Shown here: piece by piece, positions 31,761 through 44,124 of the stretch
Layout of the letters: the number at the start of each line of letters is the position of its first letter
Numbering within the stretch: position 1 is the first letter of the stretch
Assembly: GCA_028718605.1 (NCBI GenBank)
Contig: JAQULM010000003.1
Coordinates: 80,971-144,970, forward strand
DNA: 64,000 nt
Direction of reading: 5' to 3'
Origin: Patescibacteria group bacterium
GTDB taxonomy: Bacteria; Patescibacteriota; Patescibacteriia; UBA10025; JAHIVO01
The notes under the pieces: model-generated
The model's database searches: none
Seen by the model: only the letters and a program-made list of their open reading frames with translations
Told to the model about the DNA's origin: nothing
Program-made: the position numbers and the translations under genes

Positions 31761-34700
31761 TTACCCCCTCCACCGGTCTTCGCAAATGTCATTGAAATCG
31801 CAGCTCTGGCACCAGAACCCGGGTGTTGCCGCAAAATCACTCGCACGGATGTCTGCGATGCGCTTCTGCAATTCCGCTTTCAGCTTTCCGCGCAGCGCCT
31901 CATCCGGCGCAAACGACAGTTTTTTGTTCGCATCAAGGTAATAGTAGCTCAAATTCACCGGTTCGAGTTTCAGTACGTCACGCGCGGCAATATCGTATAT
32001 CTGCAGCTGCTCTTTGTCATCCGGCGACAGCTTGCCGTTTTTCGGCACTTTGCCGGTTTTATAATCGATGAGCTCAACCTGCTTTGCGTTTTTTCCAACG
32101 GTATCGATCCGATCGATCACACCCTTGAACGTGTACGCGCCGAGTTTTAAATGGAACGGCTGCTCAAGGTACAGTGGCACCGGGAATACGCCATGGTGCG
32201 ATTCGTAAAACTGTTTCAATGACTCCTTGCCTTTCTCGAAATATTCCTGCTTATGCTCTGCTGACAAATACCAGTCTTCAATCCACTCGGTATTGTACAG
32301 ATCTAATAAATCTTTCAGATCCAAAACCGAGTGCCCTGAGCCTTGCGAAGGGCCTCGTTTTTCCTTTGCATCTGAAGGGCCTCCAAAAAGCGTTGCCTGC
32401 TCCTGCTTTGAACGGTCCTGGATTATCCGGAAAAACTTCTGCAGCGTATTGTGCATGGTCTTGCCAAAACTAAAGGTAAACCTGCCTTCAATGGGAATGC
32501 GCAAAATATGCGCAAACTTATACTGCTTGGGGCAGGCCTGGAACGCCATGAGCTGGGTATAGCTCGCCTTTTCGGGTATCGCCGTGCGCAGATAGTCGAG
32601 CTGCTTGATAACCTGCTGATGTTCGTCCGGTGCAGTGAGGCGCTCAACCGGATCGTGCCCTGGCTCCCGTTCGCGAGCGGCAAACCCGAGCTCAATCAGG
32701 AACCGCGACGGTTTCTTTTTCCGCGCGCCGCCGTAGTCCTCGGCGGAACTCAGGAACAGGCCGTCCTTCGCGCGCGTCATGCCGACATAGAACAAACGCC
32801 GCTCTTCCTGCAAATGGATGTCCCCTTCCGGAATGATTTCCTTCACGAGCTCATCAGGAATTTCGATCTGCTCCCGGCGCTCTGTCGTCGGGAAACGTTT
32901 GTCGACGAGACTGACGATGAACACGTACGAAAATTCCAATCCCTTCGCGCCATGGATTGTCATAATCTTCACCGCTTCCGGACCCTCCTCCCACGGCTGG
33001 TGTAGCGAGCCTTCATCGCCCGCTTCCTGGATGGACGCGAAATAATCGAGGAACGCCTTTACCGATGTATCATCATTTGCCCCCTCAAACTCCTCAATCT
33101 GCCGGAAAAACTGGTTCAGGTGCATGATACGGTCGACATTTTCCTGGCTCTCACGGCTCGTGATATATTTCAGGTATTGCGAATCTTTCATGAACCGCAA
33201 CGCAACCTGCAGGACGCTCTTGGTACGGGCAAGCTGCGTGTGGCCCTGGATCATGCGGATAATTTTCTCCAGCACGGCGTGCATTTCTGCTGGTACGCCG
33301 TGGATCGCACGGCTCTGCTGGATTGTTTCGAACAACGACACCCGCTTCATTGAGGCGTACCGCGATACTGTCATGAGGCCGTAGGCGGGCATTTTCCAGT
33401 ATGGAAAATTCAATACGCGCCAGAGCGCGATCGATTCGTGATAATTATCAAGAAGCTTCAGGTACGCAACCACGTCCATGACTTCCGGCTGCGAATACAG
33501 GCCGCGTGATGCGAGGAACTGGTGCGGGATGTCGAGCCGCGACAGTGCGGTTATATACTCGCTCGCGTACGCATTCGCGCGCACGAGAATGGCAAAATCA
33601 CTCCATGATAACTTTTTGTTCCTTTTTTTCAGCTCCACAATCTGTTTCACGACGCCAGATGCCTCATCAAGATGGGTTCGATACTGAGTGTGCTTAAGCA
33701 TGCCATCGGCGCCGCGTTCTGCGTGCAATTTCTTGCTCACTTTTGTTTTGAGCGGTGCGCCCTTTGAACTGATTGTTCCTTTTGATAATTGGTATTCGAG
33801 CCGGTTCGGGTCATTCTGCTTAATAAATGCGTACGCAGCATCCAGAATATTCTGTTTGGTGCGGTAATTTTCGGTAAGGACGATTTCCTGCGAATCCGGA
33901 TAATCTTTCTTGAATTCCAAAATGTTCGATATAGCCGCGCCGCGAAACTTATAGATTGATTGGTCGTCGTCGCCGACGACCGTGAGGTTATTGTTCGGCG
34001 CCGCGAGCGCTTTGACGAGCTCATACTGTGCGTAGTTCGTATCCTGGAATTCATCGACGAGGATATACTGGAACTGCATACGGTACTTTTCTAACACTGT
34101 GGGGCGCGTTTTAAATAAACGCAACGTGTACAAAATAAGGTCGCCAAAATCAAGCGCGCTGGATTCGAGCAGGAGCTGCTGGTACGTATGGTACGTGTCC
34201 GCAACCTCGGCAATCCGCTGTGCTTCGGAAATTTCCTCATCGCTTGCGTCTTTCTTTTTAACAAATTCTTCCTGGTCGCGATCAAGCTTCAGCTTCTGGG
34301 CGTATTCAAGGTACTCTTCCGGTGACACGTTCTCGTCTTTCACACGTGAAAAATGCCGGACGAGTGCGGTAATGAATTTCGTGGGGTTCCCCAACGGCCG
34401 ATAGTAATCCAGGTTGAAGCGCGCGAGGTTCTGACGTACGAGCAGTACCTGGTCGGTTTCGTTCAACAGGCGGAAGTCTGGCGGCAAACCGATTTCAAGC
34501 GCATTATCTTTCAAGATCCGCTCACAGAATGAATGAAATGTTGATATCCAAAGGTCCACGTACCCGTATGGCAGCAGCACGTCAACGCGCTCTTCCATCT
34601 CAGAAGCCGCTTTCTCCGTGAACGTCAGGGCAAGCACTGCGTCTGTCGGCACCTTCTTGTCGAGTACGAGCCAGGCAAGGCGCTGGGTGATGACTGTCGT

Positions 34701-34796
34701 TTTGCCCGTGCCAGCGCCAGCCACGATCAAGAGCGGCCCCTGGCCATGAGTAGCCGCTTTCCGCTGTGCTGCATTGAGGTTGTCGAGTAAGCTCAT
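31761..34796 (-). CDS. UvrD/PcrA-family helicase fused to PD-(D/E)XK nuclease
   Basis: AGAGTGKT, VDEFQD, TIHGAKGLEF, EERRLFYV; C-terminal GVIDRID, IDYKTG and Cys cluster. Confidence 0.92.
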   Translation of the reverse strand: MSLLDNLNAAQRKAATHGQGPLLIVAGAGTGKTTVITQRLAWLVLDKKVPTDAVLALTFTEKAASEMEERVDVLLPYGYVDLWISTFHSFCERILKDNALEIGLPPDFRLLNETDQVLLVRQNLARFNLDYYRPLGNPTKFITALVRHFSRVKDENVSPEEYLEYAQKLKLDRDQEEFVKKKDASDEEISEAQRIAEVADTYHTYQQLLLESSALDFGDLILYTLRLFKTRPTVLEKYRMQFQYILVDEFQDTNYAQYELVKALAAPNNNLTVVGDDDQSIYKFRGAAISNILEFKKDYPDSQEIVLTENYRTKQNILDAAYAFIKQNDPNRLEYQLSKGTISSKGAPLKTKVSKKLHAERGADGMLKHTQYRTHLDEASGVVKQIVELKKRNKKLSWSDFAILVRANAYASEYITALSRLDIPHQFLASRGLYSQPEVMDVVAYLKLLDNYHESIALWRVLNFPYWKMPAYGLMTVSRYASMKRVSLFETIQQSRAIHGVPAEMHAVLEKIIRMIQGHTQLARTKSVLQVALRFMKDSQYLKYITSRESQENVDRIMHLNQFFRQIEEFEGANDDTSVKAFLDYFASIQEAGDEGSLHQPWEEGPEAVKIMTIHGAKGLEFSYVFIVSLVDKRFPTTERREQIEIPDELVKEIIPEGDIHLQEERRLFYVGMTRAKDGLFLSSAEDYGGARKKKPSRFLIELGFAAREREPGHDPVERLTAPDEHQQVIKQLDYLRTAIPEKASYTQLMAFQACPKQYKFAHILRIPIEGRFTFSFGKTMHNTLQKFFRIIQDRSKQEQATLFGGPSDAKEKRGPSQGSGHSVLDLKDLLDLYNTEWIEDWYLSAEHKQEYFEKGKESLKQFYESHHGVFPVPLYLEQPFHLKLGAYTFKGVIDRIDTVGKNAKQVELIDYKTGKVPKNGKLSPDDKEQLQIYDIAARDVLKLEPVNLSYYYLDANKKLSFAPDEALRGKLKAELQKRIADIRASDFAATPGFWCQSCDFNDICEDRWRG

Positions 34797-34829
34797 GCAC
34801 GTATTGTAGCATACTAAAAACTATAATAA

Positions 34830-34859
34830 AAAAGGGAGCGGCCGCGCACGGTCGCTCCC
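34830..34859 (-). terminator. Intrinsic terminator
   Basis: GGGAGCG/CGCTCCC stem with T-run on minus strand. Confidence 0.7.
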
Positions 34860-34907
34860 ACTGCCCGCAGACTGGGAATCCGTCTGCACGCGCCTTCGTC
34901 TTGGATT

Positions 34908-34970
34908 TTAAGTCCGGCCGTTGAACGGGTTCTGTGAAGCCAGGGGCAGTATGCTGATTCTCTTCATCAT
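34908..34970 (-). CDS. Putative 20-aa peptide MMKRISILPLASQNPFNGRT
   Basis: AGGAGGT SD; upstream and downstream hairpins; terminator. Confidence 0.4.
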   Translation of the reverse strand: MMKRISILPLASQNPFNGRT

Positions 34971-35154
34971 GGGACCTCCTCTGTTTGAGAGAATCGTTCC
35001 TGTGATAGTACCGGGAAATCGCGTGCAGGCGCACGTCGGTACTATTTTTAAAATACAGCAATGCAATAAATTGTCCAGCGTAAACAGCTGGTAAAAAAAC
35101 TACCTCCCCAAGGGAAAATCCCCCGAAGGAGGCAGTATCAGAGGAGATAGCTAG

Positions 35155-35523
35155 TCAGTAGTACAGTTCGAGGGCAATCACCAACAGCATGGGAAGAATG
35201 CCAATACTGAGAAATGCAGCGAGCACGAATCGGGCAAAAGGCGTTGAGTGGATTTGATCACCGGCAGCTGTTAGCTCCGGCGGCGCGTCTTTCGGCTTTA
35301 AACGCCGACGATCCCGAAGGCACTGTATGATAACATACTGCAATCGCCGTGTTGGCTTGAAAACGTGGCCGCAACCTTGGCACGTAAGGCCGGAACCCAC
35401 GGTACTATCGTCAATATCCTCAAACTCCACTCCGCAACTCGGGCAAAATAACTTTCCACGCTCTGCTTTCTGCCTGGTCTGACGATGGCTAACTCTATTT
35501 CCAATGAACCACGAGAGGAACAT
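35155..35523 (-). CDS. Zn-ribbon protein with C-terminal TM anchor (solo unit)
   Basis: CPSC/CQGC; GGAGG SD; promoter TTGACA-18-TATGAT (35593-35564). Confidence 0.7.
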   Translation of the reverse strand: MFLSWFIGNRVSHRQTRQKAERGKLFCPSCGVEFEDIDDSTVGSGLTCQGCGHVFKPTRRLQYVIIQCLRDRRRLKPKDAPPELTAAGDQIHSTPFARFVLAAFLSIGILPMLLVIALELYY

Positions 35524-35711
35524 ACAAACCCTCCATGTTTCAGTTCCATATATAATGCAGGATATCATACACCCACGACCGGCGTTTTGTCAAGACTCGT
35601 GCCTGCTTTAAAAGCACGGCTTGACATGGCAATAACGTTTGCCATATACTGTTCCGTATCATCTTATTTCCTTTCCAACAAACAAAGACACCATCACACC
35701 ATGGAGGGTTG

Positions 35712-35918
35712 ATGTCCTCACTCAAATTGCCCTTTTTCCTGTGGCGCAGGAAAGCGCCACACAAAACGTCTACCGTAACGACTCCTTCGCGCGTCCTTGG
35801 CAGGCCTGACTTTCCCGAAGCACTGGCAGAATCCCGGCGCGAATCGCCGCCGCAAAATATCAGCTTTATCCTCAAGGAAGGTCCCCACGCTTTATGGAGT
35901 GGACCGCGCGAAGATTAG
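35712..35918 (+). CDS. Small orphan protein (solo unit)
   Basis: GGAGGG SD; promoter TTGACA-18-TATACT (35621-35650); terminator 35961-35996. Confidence 0.55.
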   Translation: MSSLKLPFFLWRRKAPHKTSTVTTPSRVLGRPDFPEALAESRRESPPQNISFILKEGPHALWSGPRED

Positions 35919-36003
35919 TAATTCCGCTGCTCGAACAGAATTGCGCCTGCACGAAGTATGCGCAGTGGCGACGACGCCACTGCGCTCTTTTTATTTCCAG
36001 AAC

Positions 36004-36627
36004 TTACGATCCTGCCGCAAAATGAAAGGTTGAAAGCGTATTATAAAATAAATCACGGTATATCGGCCAGAAAAGCTCCGTTGTCATGCACGATACCACA
36101 AAGTAACGGTTGTTATTGAGCACAACGGCAACGACACCCTGCAAACCCATGCCCTGCTGGGTCGTCAGTGATTCCATGAACTGGGCGGGCACGCCGCTTA
36201 TCACGCCGGTAATCGTGTTATGAACTGCAAACGCGGCATCCTCCGCCTGGTATTCTCCTACAATTGATGCGGTGACCTCATCCAGGGTCTTGCCCGTTGC
36301 ACTGTCAAACCGGATTTCGATTGAGCTGTGGTAGGATTTTTTATGGGCTATGCTGCTTTCAGGATGCGTCTCCTTTAAATTCTTAAACGTTGCGTATGAG
36401 TCGGTATCACGCACTTTCGCCCAGCCATCAGGCAAGGTTATTGAAAACATGTCGGATGAAAACTCATTTAACGGGACAGTGTTCAAATCCGCAGTATCGC
36501 TGGCTGCCGTGGAACGGAACGTATAAAAACAAATCCCGAGCGCAACGCACAGGATAAAAGGTACGCCGATGAAAAAGACGTACGTAGGGCTGGCAGCTTT
36601 TGCTTGTTTGGTTTTTTTTACTGGCAT
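36004..36627 (-). CDS. Membrane-anchored PsbP/DcrB-like protein
   Basis: TM helix, FSITLPDGW, C-terminal LSTFHF. Confidence 0.6.
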   Translation of the reverse strand: MPVKKTKQAKAASPTYVFFIGVPFILCVALGICFYTFRSTAASDTADLNTVPLNEFSSDMFSITLPDGWAKVRDTDSYATFKNLKETHPESSIAHKKSYHSSIEIRFDSATGKTLDEVTASIVGEYQAEDAAFAVHNTITGVISGVPAQFMESLTTQQGMGLQGVVAVVLNNNRYFVVSCMTTELFWPIYRDLFYNTLSTFHFAAGS

Positions 36628-36680
36628 ACGTTTTTTAAGCGATCGAAAACTCAAACAAACCGAGAGCCGAATGCTCTGCA

Positions 36681-37022
36681 TCAATGCGACTCGCTTGCTC
36701 CGATTTCTATGAGCCTCTGGAGGATTTTAACCATGCGGTACACATCAGCCTGTGTAACGAGGTCCTGTTGCGGTTCAGTGTCGTTTCGTCTCCTGACCGG
36801 CATCGCGATGACGCCTTCCTTGTCGCCGGCGCCGAGGATATGTTCAGCAAGCTCAGAATCCGGATCGAGTCCGGCTTTACGGTACAGCGGCAGGCCATTT
36901 TCGTGCTGTAATAGATAGTCGCGCAAAGGTCCCCTCACAAACCGCTGGATTTCATCGAGCTCCGCTTCGTTCAGAGGTTGGTCGTCACGATATTCGAATT
37001 CTGGCCCGTTTTCTCCTGGCAT
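36681..37022 (-). CDS. Hypothetical protein
   Basis: 113-aa ORF in run of minus-strand genes. Confidence 0.55.
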   Translation of the reverse strand: MPGENGPEFEYRDDQPLNEAELDEIQRFVRGPLRDYLLQHENGLPLYRKAGLDPDSELAEHILGAGDKEGVIAMPVRRRNDTEPQQDLVTQADVYRMVKILQRLIEIGASESH

Positions 37023-37033
37023 AAGGGTACAAT

Positions 37034-37462
37034 TTATTGAATCATTTCAAAATCAATCTTATTCTTGCCGTCCTTTTCCTCAATGCGCGCAAGAATCTTG
37101 TGGATGGTAAGGCCGGGAAATGTCTCCCCAAAAACCTGCCGCGCTGCCTCCATGTCGCCGAGTTGCTTTGTCCGTTCTTCTTCGACAGACACAAATGCCG
37201 CATGGCCGCCGTACGCGCCGCAGTCCATGTGGTGGATAATGTACACGTCAGTAATCCCGTGCAACCGTTTCGAAATATCCGCTTGCTGCAAGAGCAATTC
37301 GACTGACGCCGGGTTCTTATCAACCAGGCCTTTTGCCGCACCAGCCAAGCTGGCGAGATCGTACTGGTCTTTCAATCCGAGTGACACGAGAAAATCACGG
37401 ATCGCTGAGTGGAACCGGAAGTCGATGCATTGGAGGATGAGCGCCTTACACTGATGGGACAT
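37034..37462 (-). CDS. Small beta-class carbonic anhydrase-like protein
   Basis: CIDFR and HMDCG zinc ligands. Confidence 0.8.
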   Translation of the reverse strand: MSHQCKALILQCIDFRFHSAIRDFLVSLGLKDQYDLASLAGAAKGLVDKNPASVELLLQQADISKRLHGITDVYIIHHMDCGAYGGHAAFVSVEEERTKQLGDMEAARQVFGETFPGLTIHKILARIEEKDGKNKIDFEMIQ

Positions 37463-37520
37463 CGATGGAACGATTAATTGTATAACAGTATTTTATCATG
37501 AAAATGCTTTATTTACAAAT

Positions 37521-37683
37521 AAAAAAACTGGCCGGGAGAGCGTATGCTCTTTGCCTGTACGAGGGATACCACACACACCTCACCATGCGAAAGGAATCGC
37601 ACTCCGCCGTACCACCAGCGGATTAAAAATCGTACAGGCCGCTACTCCCGGCCATTTCCCATTTCCACCCGTCACAAGGGCTT
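37521..37683 (-). ncRNA. Putative structured small RNA (about 165 nt)
   Basis: Promoter TTGACG-17-TAAGGT (37718-37690); two 10-bp nested stems closing a multibranch apex; U7 tail. Confidence 0.6.
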
Positions 37684-37793
37684 ACCCACACCTTACATCC
37701 CCTTCGCGTAGCCGTCAATATAAAAAACAGGGTCCGCGCTGGCGGGCACGGACCCTTTCATGTTCCCTTGGTAGAGAATGGTACTATTCCTCC

Positions 37794-38882
37794 TTATGCT
37801 ACGCGACTGAGATCGCGGAATGGATCGATCGGCATGATCAGCCGATCTTCTAGATTAACGATCCCCGCGAGAACGTGCAGATACTGCTCGAGCTCGGGCA
37901 CGCGTTCGTGGATAACTCTCAGGGTAAATCTCGTTAATTCGCGCGCTTTCAGTTCAGCGAAACGATGTTCGAAGCCCGTCCTGTTGCGATATGCACCGGA
38001 CACCATCAACAGTGCGCCCTGCTGAACCGGGATAACTTCTCCCTCCAGATTATGGAGAAGGATTCGAGCAGCGATCTCAACGGGTTCCATCAGATTGTAG
38101 GCGAAAGGTCCGATGATGACACACTTGTTGAGCCAGTGCAGCCAGTCAAATCCCTTGCCGATCGCAATGGAAACTTCACCATGGTCAGATTCTACCGCTA
38201 ACCGTGGATTCTGACGTAGCTTCTGAATGTGCCGCTGGTTTCCGAGGAGTAACGGAATAAGGTCAGTGACGACTTGAGCAGGCATATCGGGGTAGAGTTC
38301 CCCGATAATGCGCCGGAGTTCAGACTCGCTCATGTTTGGAGAGTCTGCCATGTTCAGAAATCCACCATGGTCGCCGTGCAGGAGCAGGGCGTCCTCATCG
38401 GTTTCGATGCCGACGATAATGGGATATACAACTTGGTGCTCATAGCCAAATACGAATTCGATTTGCTGCTTCAGCTTGCGAGCATCAGCGCGGGCTGCTT
38501 CGACATCAAAGTTATGGCCTTTGCAGCCATGCTCGGTAATACTCTTTGACCAATGGTAGGTAACGAATACCAGGCAACGGCGGCGCATGCTGATGGAATA
38601 TTCCACCCATCCGAGGAGCTGGTCCGCAAGATGCGGCCACCCGAGATCAAACGATCCCGCGAGGTTTCTGATTGGTTGGATCAAGCCTAATGGGGTCTCA
38701 GTGATGACTGCACCGTTCAGACGGCCGTCCATGCACTTAAACCACAGAATCTCCGTGGGATGTTCAACGCGGTAGAACAGACGCTGCCCTTTTGCATCCG
38801 GGCTGCAGAAAATGGCGCTCTGCTCCGCGTTGCGTCTTAGCATGAGCTGTGCAAGCTCGCTATTTCGGTAATCAAGATTCAA
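37794..38882 (-). CDS. CsoSCA-like carbonic anhydrase (solo unit)
   Basis: KCMDGR, YHWS...HGCKGH, GIETDED; AAGGGG SD; promoter TTGACA-17-TAGAGT (38966-38938); terminator about 37722-37757. Confidence 0.65.
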   Translation of the reverse strand: MNLDYRNSELAQLMLRRNAEQSAIFCSPDAKGQRLFYRVEHPTEILWFKCMDGRLNGAVITETPLGLIQPIRNLAGSFDLGWPHLADQLLGWVEYSISMRRRCLVFVTYHWSKSITEHGCKGHNFDVEAARADARKLKQQIEFVFGYEHQVVYPIIVGIETDEDALLLHGDHGGFLNMADSPNMSESELRRIIGELYPDMPAQVVTDLIPLLLGNQRHIQKLRQNPRLAVESDHGEVSIAIGKGFDWLHWLNKCVIIGPFAYNLMEPVEIAARILLHNLEGEVIPVQQGALLMVSGAYRNRTGFEHRFAELKARELTRFTLRVIHERVPELEQYLHVLAGIVNLEDRLIMPIDPFRDLSRVA

Positions 38883-39021
38883 GATATCCCCTTTCTAGGT
38901 GCTGTATGTTGATGTTTATCTTTCGTTTTAAGTGTCCACTCTATAGTAAAACCGGCAACCTGTCAAGGGTGCCAAAAAATCGCTCTTTACGCAGGTGCGT
39001 CCAGAAGGCCGTAGCCAGGTA

Positions 39022-39465
39022 TTAGACTGCCGGGGGGGGCGGCTGCTGGCGCGGGTTGCGCCGCTTGCGGGCAACCTTGAGGCGCGCGAGTTCTTTCTCG
39101 ATTTTCGCTGAAAGGCGCGCGAATTCGGAAGCGTCAACACGCTTTTCCTTCACCAGCTCCTGGGCCCGCTTCCGCGCTTCGTCTGCCTTTGTTTCGTCAA
39201 TTTCCTCGGCTCGCTCAGCGGTGTCTGACAGCACCACAACTTTGTCCGGCCGCACCTGCAGGAAACCGCCTGATACAGCCATATAAATAGTCTCCCCGCC
39301 TTTCTTTATGCGGAGCTCCCCTGCCGACAGCAGCGACACGAGCGGTATGTGGTTCGGCAGCACGCCGATCTCTCCCTGCGGTGTCGGTAAAATGACCTCG
39401 TCAACCTCATCGGAAAAAACGGTTCGTTCGGGTGTGGTGATTTCAAATCGTATTTTCAATGCCAT
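39022..39465 (-). CDS. atpC: ATP synthase epsilon subunit
   Basis: GEIGVLPNHIPL, VSGGF. Confidence 0.95.
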   Translation of the reverse strand: MALKIRFEITTPERTVFSDEVDEVILPTPQGEIGVLPNHIPLVSLLSAGELRIKKGGETIYMAVSGGFLQVRPDKVVVLSDTAERAEEIDETKADEARKRAQELVKEKRVDASEFARLSAKIEKELARLKVARKRRNPRQQPPPPAV

Positions 39466-39476
39466 AAGAAGCTTGT

Positions 39477-41829
<2,353 letters not shown>

Positions 41830-41843
41830 GGATTAAAAGCTTG

Positions 41844-43376
41844 TTATTTTTTTACTGGCGCCGGGGTACTGCCGAAATCCCGCGTTTTCTTGAAATCCTC
41901 GATCGCTGTTTTCAGTTTCGCTTCAAGGTCCGCATTCAGGTCGCCCTGTGAAGCAATATCCTTCAAGAGTGCCGAGGCTGACGTTTCAAGATACCGGTGC
42001 AATTCTGTTTCAAATTCCTTGATGCGCTCAACGGGCACGGAATCAAGCTGCCCATTCACCGCCGCGTAGAGGATCGCCACTTGCTGCGCAACCGGCATCG
42101 GCTCATACTGGCCCTGCTTCAAAATTTCGGTTAAGCGCTTGCCGCGCTCGAGCTGGCGCTTGGTCGCGTCGTCAAGATCCGAGCCGAACTGGGCGAACGC
42201 CGCGAGTTCACGGTACTGCGCCAATTCCATACGGAGCTTGCCCGCCACCTTCTTCATTGCCTTTGTCTGGGCAGACGAACCAACGCGGGATACTGACAAG
42301 CCGACATTAAGCGCTGGCCGTATGCCCTGGTAAAAGAGCTCCGGCTCCAAATAAATCTGGCCGTCGGTGATGGAGATGACGTTGGTGGGGATGTACGCCG
42401 AGATGTCGCCTGCTTGTGTCTCAATAATCGGCAGCGCGGTCAGCGAGCCGCCGCCGAGATCCTTGTTCATCTTGGCAGCCCGCTCGAGCAGCCGCGAGTG
42501 CAGGTAAAATACGTCGCCCGGATACGCTTCACGCCCCGGTGGCCGGCGCAGTAAGAGTGAAATCTCGCGGTATGCCCATGCGTGCTTGGAAAGGTCGTCA
42601 TAAATGACCAGTACGTCCTTGCCCTGGTCCATAAAATATTCGCCCATTGCGCACCCGGCGTAGGGAGCGATGAATGCGAGCGATGCCGGGTCAGACGCGC
42701 CGGCGACAACCAGGGTCGTATACTCCATAGCACCATGCTTCTCCAGTTCAGCGACGATCTTCGCGACTTTCGACTCTTTCTGGCCAATCGCTACATAGAT
42801 ACACGTCATGTCCTGCCCCTTCTGGTTGATGATTGTATCAATCGTGATCGCGGTTTTGCCGACCTGGCGGTCTCCAATGATGAGTTCGCGCTGTCCGCGG
42901 CCGATCGGGATCATGGAATCAATCGCCTTAATGCCCGTCTGTACTGGCTTTTTCACGGATTCACGGGTAATAACGCGCGGTGCGATCTTCTCGACCGGAT
43001 AGTATGTGTCAGTTTTGATATCTCCCTTGCCATCCAATGGCACGCCAAGCGGGTTCACAACACGGCCAACGACCGCTTCGCCGACCGGCACCTGGAGAAT
43101 GCGGCCGGTGCTCTTCACCGTATCGCCTTCGCGGATGCCTTCCTGCGTGCCAAGAATAATGGCGCCGACAATGCCTTCCTGGAGGTTTAATGCAACACCG
43201 TATTTCTCGCCGGGAAACTCAAGCATTTCAGACGCCATCGCGTCAGACAGGCCGGAAATGCGGGCGATGCCGTCACCGATTTCCTCGACGGTGCCGACTT
43301 TTTCGGTGGCAACTGAGGTTTTGTAATCGGCAATCTGTTTTTTCAGCTCTTCGATGATAAAGTCACGATTTGACAT
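41844..43376 (-). CDS. atpA: ATP synthase alpha subunit
   Basis: [20 protein letters not shown]. Confidence 0.98.
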   Translation of the reverse strand: MSNRDFIIEELKKQIADYKTSVATEKVGTVEEIGDGIARISGLSDAMASEMLEFPGEKYGVALNLQEGIVGAIILGTQEGIREGDTVKSTGRILQVPVGEAVVGRVVNPLGVPLDGKGDIKTDTYYPVEKIAPRVITRESVKKPVQTGIKAIDSMIPIGRGQRELIIGDRQVGKTAITIDTIINQKGQDMTCIYVAIGQKESKVAKIVAELEKHGAMEYTTLVVAGASDPASLAFIAPYAGCAMGEYFMDQGKDVLVIYDDLSKHAWAYREISLLLRRPPGREAYPGDVFYLHSRLLERAAKMNKDLGGGSLTALPIIETQAGDISAYIPTNVISITDGQIYLEPELFYQGIRPALNVGLSVSRVGSSAQTKAMKKVAGKLRMELAQYRELAAFAQFGSDLDDATKRQLERGKRLTEILKQGQYEPMPVAQQVAILYAAVNGQLDSVPVERIKEFETELHRYLETSASALLKDIASQGDLNADLEAKLKTAIEDFKKTRDFGSTPAPVKK

Positions 43377-43466
43377 ACTTGTTATATGCTGTTATCTTAT
43401 ACATTCAAATAAAATCGAAATGGATCTTTGGCTACTATTCAAACGAAACAATAGATTGGAGGCACG

Positions 43467-43649
43467 ATGCCCTGCTCATCCCCTGATGACCCGACTGATC
43501 TCGTGTGCAAGACGGAACGGAACGAACACATCTGCGACTACCGATTATCCTCGTCTGACGCGCGAACCTGTGTGCACGGGGGTGCACATTACTGCCCTCG
43601 ATGCTGGGGCGAGACGATCGTCGTCGAACCGCTCGTGGTTCTTACCTAG
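43467..43649 (+). CDS. 60-aa Cys-rich microprotein inserted antisense inside the atp operon (solo unit)
   Basis: GGAGG SD; promoter TTGACA-17-TATCTT (43370-43398); terminator 43681-43714; six Cys incl. CPRC. Confidence 0.7.
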   Translation: MPCSSPDDPTDLVCKTERNEHICDYRLSSSDARTCVHGGAHYCPRCWGETIVVEPLVVLT

Positions 43650-43705
43650 ACGGAACGAGGCGCTCTTTCCCCCGCAAGGGCCGGTTATCCGAAGACCGGC
43701 TCTTT

Positions 43706-44107
43706 TTATTTTTTCAACGAATGCGAGAGTTGCGCAAGCTGCCGCTGGATGCTGCCGTCAATGACTGTATCCCCGTACCGCACCACAATACCGCCGATAA
43801 GCGCCGGTTCAACCGTCTCATGCATGACCACCGTTTTGGCAAGCGCACGGTGCAGGTGCGCTGTAATCAGCTCGCGGGTTTTCGTATCGAGCGCCTGCGC
43901 TGTCGTTACGTTGAGCTCAAGAATGCCTTCTTGCTCATTGGCGTATTGCCTGAATGCAGTGATAATCTTGTTCAGTTTCGCGCCATCCTTATTCCGCAAT
44001 ATGATCTTCAAGAACGAACGAATCGCTGCGGTCCCCTTTTCGTGCGGCAAACCGTGGACTGCCTGGTACAGGCTGCTGGCGTATTTTTTTGGCGTGATTG
44101 TGCTCAT
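43706..44107 (-). CDS. atpH: ATP synthase delta subunit (short form)
   Basis: ALIGGIVVRYGDTVIDGSI. Confidence 0.9.
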   Translation of the reverse strand: MSTITPKKYASSLYQAVHGLPHEKGTAAIRSFLKIILRNKDGAKLNKIITAFRQYANEQEGILELNVTTAQALDTKTRELITAHLHRALAKTVVMHETVEPALIGGIVVRYGDTVIDGSIQRQLAQLSHSLKK

Positions 44108-44124
44108 TCGTTCATTCGTAGAAA

